DNA from: a virus
Taxonomy: Duplodnaviria; Caudoviricetes
Virus record (IMG/VR): IMGVR_UViG_3300021400_000034
Span: 64,001-128,000 of that record
Strand: one strand, 5' to 3'
DNA length: 64,000 nt
This document shows positions 29,153-38,963 of this stretch, piece after piece (the stretch's first letter is position 1; every line of letters begins with the position of its first letter). The position numbers and the translations under genes are program-made. The notes under the pieces were generated by a model. That model did no database searches. It saw only the letters and a program-made list of their open reading frames with translations, and was not told where the DNA came from.

Positions 29153-29409
29153 GATACCTAAACCTAGAGACCGCTATTCGCGAGATCAAGAAAGACCTAG
29201 ACTTTTTCAACATCGACTACAAGATGGATTCTGACGTCAGCTTCGTCAACTTCCTTCTCGGCGAAGAAGAAGATGTTCTCGCTGTGTCGGTCAATCAAGA
29301 CAAGTACTACGCACACTTTGATGTCCCAGGCGACACAGTGACCGAGAAGATCAGTACGGTCAAGTACTGGATCGCTACATGGGCTCACAAACACGATGAT
29401 CTAAACTGA
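29149..29409 (+). CDS. hypothetical protein
   Basis: ATGA overlap; start moved to 29149. Confidence 0.6.
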   Translation: MRYLNLETAIREIKKDLDFFNIDYKMDSDVSFVNFLLGEEEDVLAVSVNQDKYYAHFDVPGDTVTEKISTVKYWIATWAHKHDDLN

Positions 29410-29807
29410 TGAAGTTCAAAGACGAAACTTACAATCTGCCTCTCATCAATGGGCTAACTGAAGAAGACTTTCCGCTGCTGCACGACATGTGCCGCAAGAA
29501 CGACTACGGCACTAGCGAAAACGTGAAGGTCATGTCTGAGCTCTACACGGGCTCAGAACCGCTCGCTGTGGCGGTCTATCGAGACAAGTGGGACGAAGAG
29601 ACGGCCACGACGAAGCGGCGTGTGCTAGTCCTAGAAGTGAACAAGAACAAACATCTCCTAGGACTCGGAAAGAAGATGCTAGACGAGCTCAAGTGGGACT
29701 GCGAAGAGATCCGTCTCGGCTATGTGCCAGAGTCTATAGAGTTCTACCGAAAGAACGGCTTCGTCGAGTCAGGAGAGAACGAGATGCTATGGAGGCGAGA
29801 TGACTAA
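29409..29807 (+). CDS. GNAT-fold acetyltransferase-like protein
   Basis: LEV...LGLGKKML (motif A-like) and SIEFYRKNGF. Confidence 0.65.
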   Translation: MKFKDETYNLPLINGLTEEDFPLLHDMCRKNDYGTSENVKVMSELYTGSEPLAVAVYRDKWDEETATTKRRVLVLEVNKNKHLLGLGKKMLDELKWDCEEIRLGYVPESIEFYRKNGFVESGENEMLWRRDD

Positions 29808-30063
29808 CAACTCTGAAGAGAAAGAGTTCACGTTCTGGATCATTCGTCTGAGCCGCATCGTCTTTGACTCCAGCGATCCTAACAAGCGTGAGTACGAGAA
29901 GACTCAGTACTACGAGAAGCCTGCGCTAGTCGATACTCCAGAGCGTGCTAAGCACTTCAGGACTCTGAAGAACGCAGAGAAGATTGCAGCAGCTTACAGG
30001 AGCATCGGGTACAAGACTGGAATTCTAGAATACAGAGCACAACTTCAAAACGGAGAAAGCTAA
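29800..30063 (+). CDS. small hypothetical protein (AxxF/YxxxxxA family)
   Basis: DTPERAKHFRTLKNA. Confidence 0.65.
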   Translation: MTNNSEEKEFTFWIIRLSRIVFDSSDPNKREYEKTQYYEKPALVDTPERAKHFRTLKNAEKIAAAYRSIGYKTGILEYRAQLQNGES

Positions 30064-30064
30064 T

Positions 30065-30829
30065 ATGAAGAGCTATCGCGATTTGTGTCATAATTCTACT
30101 GAGAATTTTCTATCAGAGAAGCAGTATAATATACTATCCTTCAAAGAGTACATAACTGAGAGACTCCAGTTCACTACTAGAGTAGATTTTGAAAAGCACT
30201 TGAGCGCGAATAAGTGCGATCTTCTAGACTATGCGACTACTAGGAACGGAAATAGATATATTCTTCTAGGTAAAGTGCTAGATCTTTACTCTTCTGGTGT
30301 GAGTTTAGAAGAACAGATACTGAACTTTAATAAGTTTCTGGAGAAATATTCGTATCGCGTATCTCGGATAATCAGAAGCATGTCAAAGCTATATGTCGAG
30401 ATAGTTCCCGAGAACTTTAGAGACCTTCCTACTAGAGACTTTCAGAATCTATATATTCATCTAAGTAGGACTGACGGATTAGATGATATCGGAATGAAGC
30501 CTAAGAGCTCTAAGTCTGTCGATGCGCTAGATATGTATGACGAGAGAGTCTACTTATTTCCGCTATCCGCTCTACTTGAGGAAACAGTCGATATTGACGA
30601 CGAAGATGAAGTCTTTAATAGCATCTATAAGTCAACTGAACGAATAGTCAAAATGTTCAACTCGATGCGAGCTGAGAAGAGGGACTATTTCGTATATCTC
30701 GTAGACATAAGTAAGCAGTCTATGCAGACTTATCGAGATCCAGAGTATACCGAGAGGAGCGCAGTCTACGTAAAGAACTATATCAAGCCTGACGCTATTA
30801 GAAAAATTGGAAAAATCTACAAGGAGTAA
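30065..30829 (+). CDS. putative ADP-ribosyltransferase-fold protein with capsid-targeting-like leader
   Basis: SFKEYITE leader; YIHLS...IGMKPK...RVYLF...YRDP...AVYVKNYIKPDAI; AT-rich insert. Confidence 0.55.
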   Translation: MKSYRDLCHNSTENFLSEKQYNILSFKEYITERLQFTTRVDFEKHLSANKCDLLDYATTRNGNRYILLGKVLDLYSSGVSLEEQILNFNKFLEKYSYRVSRIIRSMSKLYVEIVPENFRDLPTRDFQNLYIHLSRTDGLDDIGMKPKSSKSVDALDMYDERVYLFPLSALLEETVDIDDEDEVFNSIYKSTERIVKMFNSMRAEKRDYFVYLVDISKQSMQTYRDPEYTERSAVYVKNYIKPDAIRKIGKIYKE

Positions 30830-30836
30830 AATAATC

Positions 30837-32123
30837 ATGTATGGAAAGCCGCTAGCCTACGTCGTTAAAGTGGGAGAGATCCGAGAAATCCCTGACGCAG
30901 ACCGCATCGAGCTAGCCACGGTGATGGACTACACTGTCGTCGTGAAGAAGAACGAGTTCAAGGAAGGAGACCTCGGCGTCTATGTCGAAGTCGACTCTGT
31001 CCTTCCTGACGGACTAGCAGAACAGCCAGAGCTGAGAGACAAGTACATAAAGCTGTCTCAGCACGACGGCGAGTACGAGAACTGGTCCGAAGATCAGATT
31101 CAGGCTGCAGCCGCAGAGATCATGAAGGTCCACAAGTACCCGTACTTCGAGTTCCTTCGCGGCAAGAAGTTCAAGATCAAGTCCATGAAGCTGAGCAAGT
31201 TCGGCGTCGTGTCTCAAGGCATTCTGTTCCGCCCCGTCGACTTAGGACTCGGAGACGTGAAGATCGGACAAGACCTGACTCAGCGCTTCGAGATCACCGA
31301 GATCGTCCAAGACGAAGAAGAAGCTGGTCTCGCTGCTCAGTACCAGAAGGACGGCTGGATAGTCAAGAAGCTCATGCGATTCAAGTGGTTCCGTGACTGG
31401 CGCAAGCGCAAGAAGCATCCGGAGATCTGGGATCCGACTCATCCAGGCAAGTCGGACGAAGAGAACGTCCAGAAGGTCTACTCCAAGATGTACGAGAAGT
31501 ACAAAGATGAAGAGTGGGTGGCTACTGAGAAGCTCGAAGGTCAGAATATCACGATCTTCACTGAGTACGAAGATCAAGTCAAGTGGCTGTTCTTCAAGAA
31601 GAGAGTCAAGCGCGTCGGCGTCTGCTCTCGAACTCGTGAAGTTCCTAAGGGCACTGAGTTCTGGAAGACGGTCGAGCGTCTAGGCCTAGACAAAGAGATC
31701 TCGGCTATCGAAGGGGAGTGGTTCTGTCGCGGCGAGCATGTCGGTCCAGGAATTCAGGGAAACATATACAAGCTCGACAAGACGGACATCATATTCTTCG
31801 ACTTCTACAAGAAGGTCTACGAAGATGAAGAGAACAAGAAAATGTCGCACTGGGTGAAGCTCAACTTTGAAGAGTCTGTCAAGTTCGCCAAGGAGAACAA
31901 CCTCAAGTTCGTTCCTATCCTCGACGAGCACTACAAGCTTCCAGCGCCGACTGTCAATGACAAGGGCGTGAAGGTCTCTGGCGCTGACATCATGCTACAG
32001 CAGTCCGACAAGAACACTGTCTTCGGAAACAACTTGAAGCACAAGCGAGAAGGATTCGTTCTGCGTCTCCGCAAGGACTACAGCGTGTCATTCAAAGTCA
32101 AGAACCCCAACTACTCTATCTAG
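30837..32123 (+). CDS. ATP-dependent RNA ligase (DRB0094/Rnl2-like family)
   Basis: N-terminal IPDADRIELA..EVDSVLP; TEKLEG, RGEHVGPGIQGN, FFDF, REGFVLR, SFKV ligase motifs. Confidence 0.85.
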   Translation: MYGKPLAYVVKVGEIREIPDADRIELATVMDYTVVVKKNEFKEGDLGVYVEVDSVLPDGLAEQPELRDKYIKLSQHDGEYENWSEDQIQAAAAEIMKVHKYPYFEFLRGKKFKIKSMKLSKFGVVSQGILFRPVDLGLGDVKIGQDLTQRFEITEIVQDEEEAGLAAQYQKDGWIVKKLMRFKWFRDWRKRKKHPEIWDPTHPGKSDEENVQKVYSKMYEKYKDEEWVATEKLEGQNITIFTEYEDQVKWLFFKKRVKRVGVCSRTREVPKGTEFWKTVERLGLDKEISAIEGEWFCRGEHVGPGIQGNIYKLDKTDIIFFDFYKKVYEDEENKKMSHWVKLNFEESVKFAKENNLKFVPILDEHYKLPAPTVNDKGVKVSGADIMLQQSDKNTVFGNNLKHKREGFVLRLRKDYSVSFKVKNPNYSI

Positions 32124-32126
32124 AAC

Positions 32127-32471
32127 ATGGCTAAGAGAAAGAAGAAGCGCGAGAAGCTAGAAGGCTTCACGGACTGGACTGCTCAAGACGGAGAGATCCT
32201 CACCTGGAGCTATCTGCTGAAGATGGCAGAGAAGGCGTCAGACGTGGACTCTCCGATGATGATCCGTCTGCCTATTCCTATCGCTTTCGGAAAGTTCCCT
32301 GACGGATCTCCGAGAACGGCTACTTCTGTCGGCTTAGTCAAAGAGATCGACGGCTTCACTCATCCGGTCTTCTTCCACTGCGACGACAAAGGTACTGCTA
32401 TCGCGATCCGCATGGAGGACATCGAAGAGGAAGAGGTCGAGAGGGACTTCGCTAAAGGTCGTTTCGACTGA
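32127..32471 (+). CDS. hypothetical protein
   Basis: Follows ligase directly. Confidence 0.65.
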   Translation: MAKRKKKREKLEGFTDWTAQDGEILTWSYLLKMAEKASDVDSPMMIRLPIPIAFGKFPDGSPRTATSVGLVKEIDGFTHPVFFHCDDKGTAIAIRMEDIEEEEVERDFAKGRFD

Positions 32472-32490
32472 GTTTACAAAACTTTACAAT

Positions 32491-32529
32491 AAAGGCGGGT
32501 TAACGAAACGGCCCGCTTTTTCTTATATT
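32491..32529 (+). promoter_or_regulatory. terminator hairpin overlapping an early-type promoter
   Basis: AAAGGCGGG...CCCGCTTTT; TTAACG-N18-TATATT. Confidence 0.55.
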
Positions 32530-32560
32530 TTATGTATCAACTTTAGACAAGGAAAACTAA

Positions 32561-33148
32561 ATGTACATCATAGACTACTTCAGAAGGATCAAGTCTCTCG
32601 ACGCTTATCGAGAGATCGAAGACGTCATCCGCACCTACTTCATGCGCTTCAAGTTCAAGCGCGACGACGAGAACAGCTGGAAGGGCTTCTTCCTGCCAGG
32701 GTTCGCTAACGACGATCCGTTCATCTACATCAGCTTCCTCCCTTACGGCGGAGAGAACATTCCTTGTTCTCTCACCATCTTCCAGAACGTGACAATCGTC
32801 TACGACCCGAAAGGAATACAGTGCAAGACTATCAACAAGGCAGAGTTCCCTCTCTACCGAGAGCAGTTCCGTCTGTCTGATTGGAAGGAGACGAAGAAGA
32901 AGCTCATCGAAGCTCTCAATTTCGCTATCGAGTCTCTCGACAAGACTGAAGAGGCTCTTGACGTCTGGAAGGCTGAGAAGTTGGACCCGAAGACGATCGT
33001 TCTGGAGCACACTGGAACTCCATCGCCTCTGAAGAAGAACCGCTACAAGCCTCGTAAGCCGAAGATCACTACGAGCGACGGGGCTAAGGTGACCGCATCT
33101 ACGAGTGACGTGAGTCCGGTCGACTATCAGGGAGCTAAGCTTCCTTGA
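32561..33148 (+). CDS. hypothetical protein
   Basis: AAGGA RBS. Confidence 0.7.
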   Translation: MYIIDYFRRIKSLDAYREIEDVIRTYFMRFKFKRDDENSWKGFFLPGFANDDPFIYISFLPYGGENIPCSLTIFQNVTIVYDPKGIQCKTINKAEFPLYREQFRLSDWKETKKKLIEALNFAIESLDKTEEALDVWKAEKLDPKTIVLEHTGTPSPLKKNRYKPRKPKITTSDGAKVTASTSDVSPVDYQGAKLP

Positions 33149-33222
33149 CCGCAGCATGGCTAATCGCGGTAGTCGCCGCTACCGCATTCACTGTCCTGTT
33201 CATGGGACGAAAGAGGTAAATC

Positions 33223-33453
33223 ATGAGAGATCCAGAGAGACTCGAAGAGTTCTACAAGCAGCTGAAAGAGCTGCACCAGAAGAAGTTCCCAGACTGGCGC
33301 TTCGGCCAGTTCATGATAAACTTTCTAGGTTGGCTTGGAAAGAAGAGAGACGGATTCTTCCCGGAGGAAGACGAGATGCTCGAATATCTGAAGCAGTTTG
33401 GACGCGGACTAAAGAACCCGAACGTCGCTAAAGCATTGGAGAAGACTAAATGA
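33223..33453 (+). CDS. small phage protein (MRDPER...PDWRFGQ, YihD/DUF1040-like)
   Basis: GAGG RBS; characteristic MRDPxR and PDWRFGQ motifs. Confidence 0.7.
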   Translation: MRDPERLEEFYKQLKELHQKKFPDWRFGQFMINFLGWLGKKRDGFFPEEDEMLEYLKQFGRGLKNPNVAKALEKTK

Positions 33454-34082
33454 AGCGCTTATTGGTCATTTGCGGCGTCCAGAAGGACTTTTTCGAGCTA
33501 CCCTTTGGAAACCCTGGGGCAAGATCAATACTCCCTAAAATCGCCTCTTTTGTGCACGATTGGCAAGACGACATAATCGTGGTCAAAGAGACACGTCTGA
33601 CCCGAGAGCTCGTGGAGATGGGCAACGGGACTATTCCAGACGCTAAGCCTTGGGAAGATACACGCGAGGCGTTCGTCTGGGGATACGCTAAGCACTGCAT
33701 CAAGTGGTCGGACGGCTGGGAGATCGAGCCAGAGATTCTCGCTGAGCTGCAGAAGAAGAACGACCGGAAGTGCACTTTCCGCACTGTCGAGGCATACGGG
33801 CAGACGTGGCACGACTGGGCGAACAACATCGCTACATACGATCAGATCGTCGTCTGCGGCACTAAGCTCGAAGACCAGATCATATCGACGGTCTTCGCCA
33901 TCTTGGCGGTCAGACCAAACGTCGATGTCTTCGTTCAGCAGAATCTGTGCTGCTCTGACTGGCACTCTGACGCGCTCTACGTCTGGAAAGTTCTAGAGGG
34001 CAAAGTCAACTTGACGTTCTACGCTAACTTGAGAGAGATGAAAGACTTAACCGGAAATGAACATGATGTTAACAAAACGTAG
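33450..34082 (+). CDS. isochorismatase/nicotinamidase-fold protein, catalytic residues degenerate
   Basis: LLVICGVQKDFF, HCIKWSDGWEI, VVCGTKLEDQI. Confidence 0.7.
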   Translation: MKRLLVICGVQKDFFELPFGNPGARSILPKIASFVHDWQDDIIVVKETRLTRELVEMGNGTIPDAKPWEDTREAFVWGYAKHCIKWSDGWEIEPEILAELQKKNDRKCTFRTVEAYGQTWHDWANNIATYDQIVVCGTKLEDQIISTVFAILAVRPNVDVFVQQNLCCSDWHSDALYVWKVLEGKVNLTFYANLREMKDLTGNEHDVNKT

Positions 34083-34599
34083 ACAAATTACAGCAGAAGA
34101 ACAACGGCTGAGAGCTGAGCGAGACGAAGCACAGCAGGTTCTGTACAAGAAGCAGAAAGCGCTAGACGAGTACCGTGACAAAGAAGAGTCTGGTCTCTTG
34201 AGCGACTTGAGAGAGCAGTATGTCGGAAAGATCATCCGAGTGCGACAGTATGAGCGAGGACTCAGTCCGATGAACAAGTTCGAGCGCCAGTATCACTACA
34301 TGTGGATCCACGTCAGAGACGTCAAGCACAAGTTCAGAGACGAGACTGAGTTCAGCGGAGAGATGCTGCAGCTTAACTTGCAGCCGAGCAACTTTGATCT
34401 GGCGGACCATCTAGGAGACAAAGAGTTCACGAAAGTCGAGATGTGCTGCGTTCTCTCTGAGCAGCTTCGAGTGTCTGACGAAGACATCGACGACAAGTTC
34501 TGGACAGAAGCAGAGATACGAGAAGTGGCTAAGAGAACGAACGAAGTCGAGAATGAGCTTCTGAAAGTGTTCTTCGAAGGAGCAGAAGATGAAGGGTGA
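34057..34599 (+). CDS. hypothetical protein
   Basis: Operon packing. Confidence 0.65.
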   Translation: MNMMLTKRRQITAEEQRLRAERDEAQQVLYKKQKALDEYRDKEESGLLSDLREQYVGKIIRVRQYERGLSPMNKFERQYHYMWIHVRDVKHKFRDETEFSGEMLQLNLQPSNFDLADHLGDKEFTKVEMCCVLSEQLRVSDEDIDDKFWTEAEIREVAKRTNEVENELLKVFFEGAEDEG

Positions 34600-34819
34600 C
34601 AGGCGACACTGCTACATGGTCTTCTTCGCTTCTTACGACCAGTACGGAACTTCTAAGAGCGAGCACTCGTTCGCATTCGTGAGCAACCAGACGGGAACTA
34701 AGCTCGCTAGAGAGATATACGGACGAGTGAACAAGTTCAAGTGCGGAGATCCGTCTATCAAGGTATTCGAGAAGAGGGTCACAAAATCAGTGTTCGACTG
34801 TGGAATAGTAGGAGACTAG
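34589..34819 (+). CDS. hypothetical protein
   Basis: AGGAG RBS. Confidence 0.6.
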   Translation: MKGDRRHCYMVFFASYDQYGTSKSEHSFAFVSNQTGTKLAREIYGRVNKFKCGDPSIKVFEKRVTKSVFDCGIVGD

Positions 34820-34822
34820 AAT

Positions 34823-35119
34823 ATGAAGTTTAAGCTATACGGCCTGTACTGCAGCCAGATCGAAGTCGTGGACGACGCAGAGTCTACTCCTGGCGAGTCT
34901 AGAATGATTCAGAGATTCAGACGCGAGTGCTACGAGCCCATCGTGAAAGCGATGATGGCGCTAAAGCCAGCGGAGAAGTACACGTGCCTGTCAGACGTCT
35001 GGAATACGGTCAACGAAGTTCTGAAGACGCACCACTTCAAGATAGAAGAGAGCTGCTTCCACACGAACGAGAAGGATGGACTTGAACATGCTGACTTCCG
35101 GATCAGCAGCGAGGAGTAA
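34823..35119 (+). CDS. hypothetical protein
   Basis: AGGAG RBS. Confidence 0.65.
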   Translation: MKFKLYGLYCSQIEVVDDAESTPGESRMIQRFRRECYEPIVKAMMALKPAEKYTCLSDVWNTVNEVLKTHHFKIEESCFHTNEKDGLEHADFRISSEE

Positions 35120-35123
35120 GAGT

Positions 35124-35456
35124 ATGAAGATGAAGTTTAGAGGAGCCGAGATCGAGCTGACAGTCGAAGAGCTGAAGCAGATGATCGACAGAGGAATTCT
35201 AGATGACGAGCACTGGGACAAGAACGATCCTTGGCTGAAGCTGGTCGACGAGTCGACTAAGTCTATGCCGAAGAAGAATCCGTTTCCTGACACTGTAGCT
35301 CTCTATGGATGCCAGATGCCGAACAGCTGGGAGCCTCCGTTCTATCAGCAGGATCACACTGGCTTGCCGCATATAGACGCTACAGAAGTTACAGCTTTGA
35401 ATGTCACATCAGTAGAGAAGATCGACAAGGAGAAAGAAGATGAGTCTAAAGAATGA
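35124..35456 (+). CDS. hypothetical protein
   Basis: Start moved to ATG 35124 (GAGGAG RBS). Confidence 0.65.
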   Translation: MKMKFRGAEIELTVEELKQMIDRGILDDEHWDKNDPWLKLVDESTKSMPKKNPFPDTVALYGCQMPNSWEPPFYQQDHTGLPHIDATEVTALNVTSVEKIDKEKEDESKE

Positions 35457-36870
35457 TGATATCAGAATCGCTATCTCGACGATTCTCACTAACGTCCATG
35501 CAGATTATGTACTGACGAACGCAGTAGCGCACCAGGAACATAAAAGGTGCGTTCAGTACGTACTGCCTATGACACAGACGACGATTCTAGCTAGCCTTGA
35601 CGATGACTGGTGGTTCATCGGCAATGTTCTAGAAGATCGTTACGTAAGCACAGAATTCCGGAAACGTGACACTTTCTTGTCCGATGTCGAAATTGAAGGA
35701 CGACGCTCTCACAAGAAGCAATGTGAGTTAGAGATGGCTTCTACGCGACTCGGATCTAAGACCTTGTATCGTGAATCTGAAGCTAAGGGGAAGGCGGAAA
35801 CTCTCAACTACGGAGATGCTCCTTACCAGTACTCTCAGAAAGAGGCTGTTGACACAGTCAACAAGATCATCCGGGATCACTCGATCGCTAACGCACAGAC
35901 GAATTTTATCGAATATACAGACGGAACAGGCGTAGCGATCGAATTCACTTCTTGGGGAATGCCTATGCTAGTCGCTATCGATCCAGTCTTCGTTGGAGAG
36001 AAGACTCCAAAGATCGCACTGTTCGAGAACTACAGAGACACTCCGACATACATCACTAACGGCGCAGGCGGCTACACTAAGCCTAGAGCTTTCCGCTGGT
36101 TCATGGCGATGCTGGACAACTTCCTGACTCAGCGCGACGAGAAGAAGAAGTCTAAGCTGAGCGACGAGAGCTTCGCGCTCGAAGCTGAAGCAGAGAAGCT
36201 GAGAGGCGAGTTCAACGAAGAGATCCGTGAGAACGAGGCTATGGCTCCAACAGACGAAGGAACTCTAGTCGGAAACTTGGATCACGTACGCAATGCTGAC
36301 CAGCTCTTGGAGAAGGCGGAAGAGAATTGTGTCAAGGACATTCAGGACAAGGCTGTGGAGCTGGCTGAAGAGCGTGGCTACACTGACACGGCTGAGAAGA
36401 TCAAGAGCGAAGGACTCTTCTCTGAGATGAAGAAGTGCCAGCTCAAGTCGGCTAACAACTGCAAGCTGTGCTGCTTCGGAAAGTCATGTCCGCAGTCTCT
36501 CTTGAACGCTGCTATGCGTCCCATCAAGCCTAAGCCGAAGGTGAAGAAGCTCGAACCTGATCCTAACTGGCTCAACGCATCTGATGCCGTTGAAGCGCTA
36601 TTGGCTACGAATGACGTCTCGTTCACGTCTGAGTCTATGTCTGGAGGAAACTACCGCATCAGCGCTCACGAAGGAGACAAGCGCATCGAGATTCTGTTCA
36701 GGCTCAACCCCGATCTCACGAACGACGTCACTCTAAATCGATGGAAAGACGGAGACAAGAGCCCTTATGACGAGACTATGATTCCAGTTCGCGACACCTG
36801 CTCTTGCAATCACTTGCTCAACACTGTTCTGCACTACATCAAAGGAATGAAGGAGGCTGCTGATGCCTGA
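35440..36870 (+). CDS. hypothetical multidomain protein with Cys cluster
   Basis: 476 aa; CQLKSANNCKLCCFGKSC. Confidence 0.75.
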   Translation: MSLKNDDIRIAISTILTNVHADYVLTNAVAHQEHKRCVQYVLPMTQTTILASLDDDWWFIGNVLEDRYVSTEFRKRDTFLSDVEIEGRRSHKKQCELEMASTRLGSKTLYRESEAKGKAETLNYGDAPYQYSQKEAVDTVNKIIRDHSIANAQTNFIEYTDGTGVAIEFTSWGMPMLVAIDPVFVGEKTPKIALFENYRDTPTYITNGAGGYTKPRAFRWFMAMLDNFLTQRDEKKKSKLSDESFALEAEAEKLRGEFNEEIRENEAMAPTDEGTLVGNLDHVRNADQLLEKAEENCVKDIQDKAVELAEERGYTDTAEKIKSEGLFSEMKKCQLKSANNCKLCCFGKSCPQSLLNAAMRPIKPKPKVKKLEPDPNWLNASDAVEALLATNDVSFTSESMSGGNYRISAHEGDKRIEILFRLNPDLTNDVTLNRWKDGDKSPYDETMIPVRDTCSCNHLLNTVLHYIKGMKEAADA

Positions 36871-37396
36871 TCCACTCATGAGACCTATAGTCACTAACGA
36901 AGATCTGAAGAAGCTAGTCGGCGTTCCTGATAGATGGGCTACGATCGACTGGGTAGAGATCTGCCTAGGCGAGAACGAGAACTTCTTCGGTTCTTCTCTC
37001 TTGCCAGCTACTACGATCTACGACATTCTTAACGAGTGCTGCGAGAGCGAGTACAGCGACGAGAAAGACCACTCGATCTACGTCTCTGGAAAGATCATCA
37101 TCGAGCGCAAAGGTGTTCCACTTCTCATGCTTCGTCGTCCGAAGAAGCGAGACCGCAACGGCGTCGAGTTCGTCTACGCTGAAGCGAAGATCATACCGAC
37201 TCAAGAGAACGTCAATCTGTTCGAAACGATGGCTAACGAAGGATTCGGAATGAAGATCGACGTCTACAACGGCGTTTGCGACTTCAACTACGACCACCTA
37301 GGAATCTTTCCTAAAGAGCAGCTCGAAAGAATGAATCTCACTCGACGGAATCTAGTCAAGAGCGAAGAACCTACAGACTTGGAGCCATTACTCTGA
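36863..37396 (+). CDS. hypothetical protein
   Basis: AGGAGG RBS. Confidence 0.7.
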   Translation: MPDPLMRPIVTNEDLKKLVGVPDRWATIDWVEICLGENENFFGSSLLPATTIYDILNECCESEYSDEKDHSIYVSGKIIIERKGVPLLMLRRPKKRDRNGVEFVYAEAKIIPTQENVNLFETMANEGFGMKIDVYNGVCDFNYDHLGIFPKEQLERMNLTRRNLVKSEEPTDLEPLL

Positions 37397-37665
37397 TGAG
37401 CAAGCCGATAACGCTAGAAGAATATGTAGTTCAGTGCAAGATGCATTATGACGGCGGTGAAGAGCGAGACCTGTATGTCGGACAAGAAGACTACTACACT
37501 CTGTATCTCAGCGATGCAAAGTTCTTCAGCTCTGTGAAGAACGCTAAGCTGTCTATCGCTTATGATTCGAAGCACAACAAGAGCGCCCACGACTACGTGA
37601 TATTCAAGGTTCGACGGACGTTCGAGATCATCGGGATATTCCAAGGAGAAACAAATGCTGACTAA
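37396..37665 (+). CDS. small hypothetical protein (AxxF/YxxxxxA family)
   Basis: TLYLSDAKFFSSVKNA. Confidence 0.65.
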   Translation: MSKPITLEEYVVQCKMHYDGGEERDLYVGQEDYYTLYLSDAKFFSSVKNAKLSIAYDSKHNKSAHDYVIFKVRRTFEIIGIFQGETNAD

Positions 37666-38032
37666 CCTGTTCATAGTCACTATCGTCTACGAAGTCATCC
37701 AGAGCGTCATCATGGCTTACAAGCTCAATAAAGGAATCTGGAGCCAAGCGGAGGAAGAGATGATGCCAGACGAAGACCAGCGCATAAAGGCATATGGCGT
37801 CGCTTTTCTCTGCAACGTGTTGTTCATATTAGCTGCGTTGTTTGGCGCTCTGCTAGGCGGCAATATGGCGCTTACGCTCGCTTGCGTCTTCACAGCCTTC
37901 TGCGCTTTCGGAACAGCTATGTACGTCTTCTCGTTCGGTCGAGGGAGAAACATCGCTGCGCTTTGGGCGTGCTACAACTTCACCATGATGATCTTGTTCG
38001 TCTGGTGCATCTGCAAAGGGATTCAGGGATGA
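37655..38032 (+). CDS. four-TM membrane protein
   Basis: Four hydrophobic segments; AAGGAG RBS. Confidence 0.7.
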   Translation: MLTNLFIVTIVYEVIQSVIMAYKLNKGIWSQAEEEMMPDEDQRIKAYGVAFLCNVLFILAALFGALLGGNMALTLACVFTAFCAFGTAMYVFSFGRGRNIAALWACYNFTMMILFVWCICKGIQG

Positions 38033-38104
38033 GCGGAATAAAACTTATATTTCTTGGGCTGGTCATGACCAGCGAAGGCATAACTTTTGAAAAGGAGTAA
38101 CTAG

Positions 38105-38449
38105 ATGACTCTGGGAGAAGAGATACTAGAGATACAGCTCAAAGCGAAAGCTGACAATGACGCTGAGCGTCAGAAGCGCGCCGAACGTGCTGGAAAGAAG
38201 GTAGGAGAAGCGCTGAAAGAGATCGCTCAGTCGAATCCATACTTGAAAGAGTTCTTCATTCCGATAAAGAAAGGAATTCTGATGTATCGCGACGAACAGA
38301 TCGCGCTCATCAACGAGTTCAATTATCTCGGCAATTGGCTGTTGAAGCAAGGAATAGAGATGGTCGGAACATACGACAGATCCGAGTGCAACGGTCAGTG
38401 CGTGTTCAGGCTCAAGGACGATCTTCTAGACAGAGGGCAATGCGAATGA
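38105..38449 (+). CDS. hypothetical protein
   Basis: AAGGAG RBS. Confidence 0.7.
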   Translation: MTLGEEILEIQLKAKADNDAERQKRAERAGKKVGEALKEIAQSNPYLKEFFIPIKKGILMYRDEQIALINEFNYLGNWLLKQGIEMVGTYDRSECNGQCVFRLKDDLLDRGQCE

Positions 38450-38763
38450 CAGTAGCTGAACAGAAAGTCAAAGAGCTAGCGTCTAAGCTCGCTGAACAGA
38501 TTGAGACGTGCGAGAATAGTGGAATGGCTATGGACATGATTCTGCACGGAGTCAAGTGCTATCTGTCCGGAATAGAGGACGGCATCTCTCTTTCCGAAGA
38601 GATGCGAGAGCCAGACTACTCCGTTCAGGCTAAGGCTGGCGGAGAGAGACCGATCGTAGGAGACGGTCCTCACGAGACTATCTCTGGCGGTCCGAAGACG
38701 ACTAACATCCTTATCGACGAGAGAGATCTACCTTGGAACATCAGACCGGGAGCAGACTTATGA
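38446..38763 (+). CDS. hypothetical protein
   Basis: ATGA overlap; start moved to 38446. Confidence 0.6.
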   Translation: MTVAEQKVKELASKLAEQIETCENSGMAMDMILHGVKCYLSGIEDGISLSEEMREPDYSVQAKAGGERPIVGDGPHETISGGPKTTNILIDERDLPWNIRPGADL

Positions 38764-38963
38764 TACACGATTACAGAGACTTAGAGAGTTTAGAGCCTTT
38801 CGACGACGATGAAGAGCTCGTCAAGGCGATCCAGAAACGTGATGACCACATCGCTAAGCTAGAAGCGTTCATCGAGCAAGACAACGACATCAAGGACGCA
38901 TTCGAAGCATGGGAGAAGGACTGGTGGGAAGATCCGTCTGATCCCAAAGGAGCTGTCGAATGA
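38760..38963 (+). CDS. hypothetical protein
   Basis: ATGA overlaps at both ends. Confidence 0.6.
   Translation: MIHDYRDLESLEPFDDDEELVKAIQKRDDHIAKLEAFIEQDNDIKDAFEAWEKDWWEDPSDPKGAVE

Noticed and set aside
33150-33215. Hammerhead-like GTCC...GGACGAAA hairpin
   Set aside because: The CTGATGA core is absent; the stretch reads better as a hydrophobic peptide
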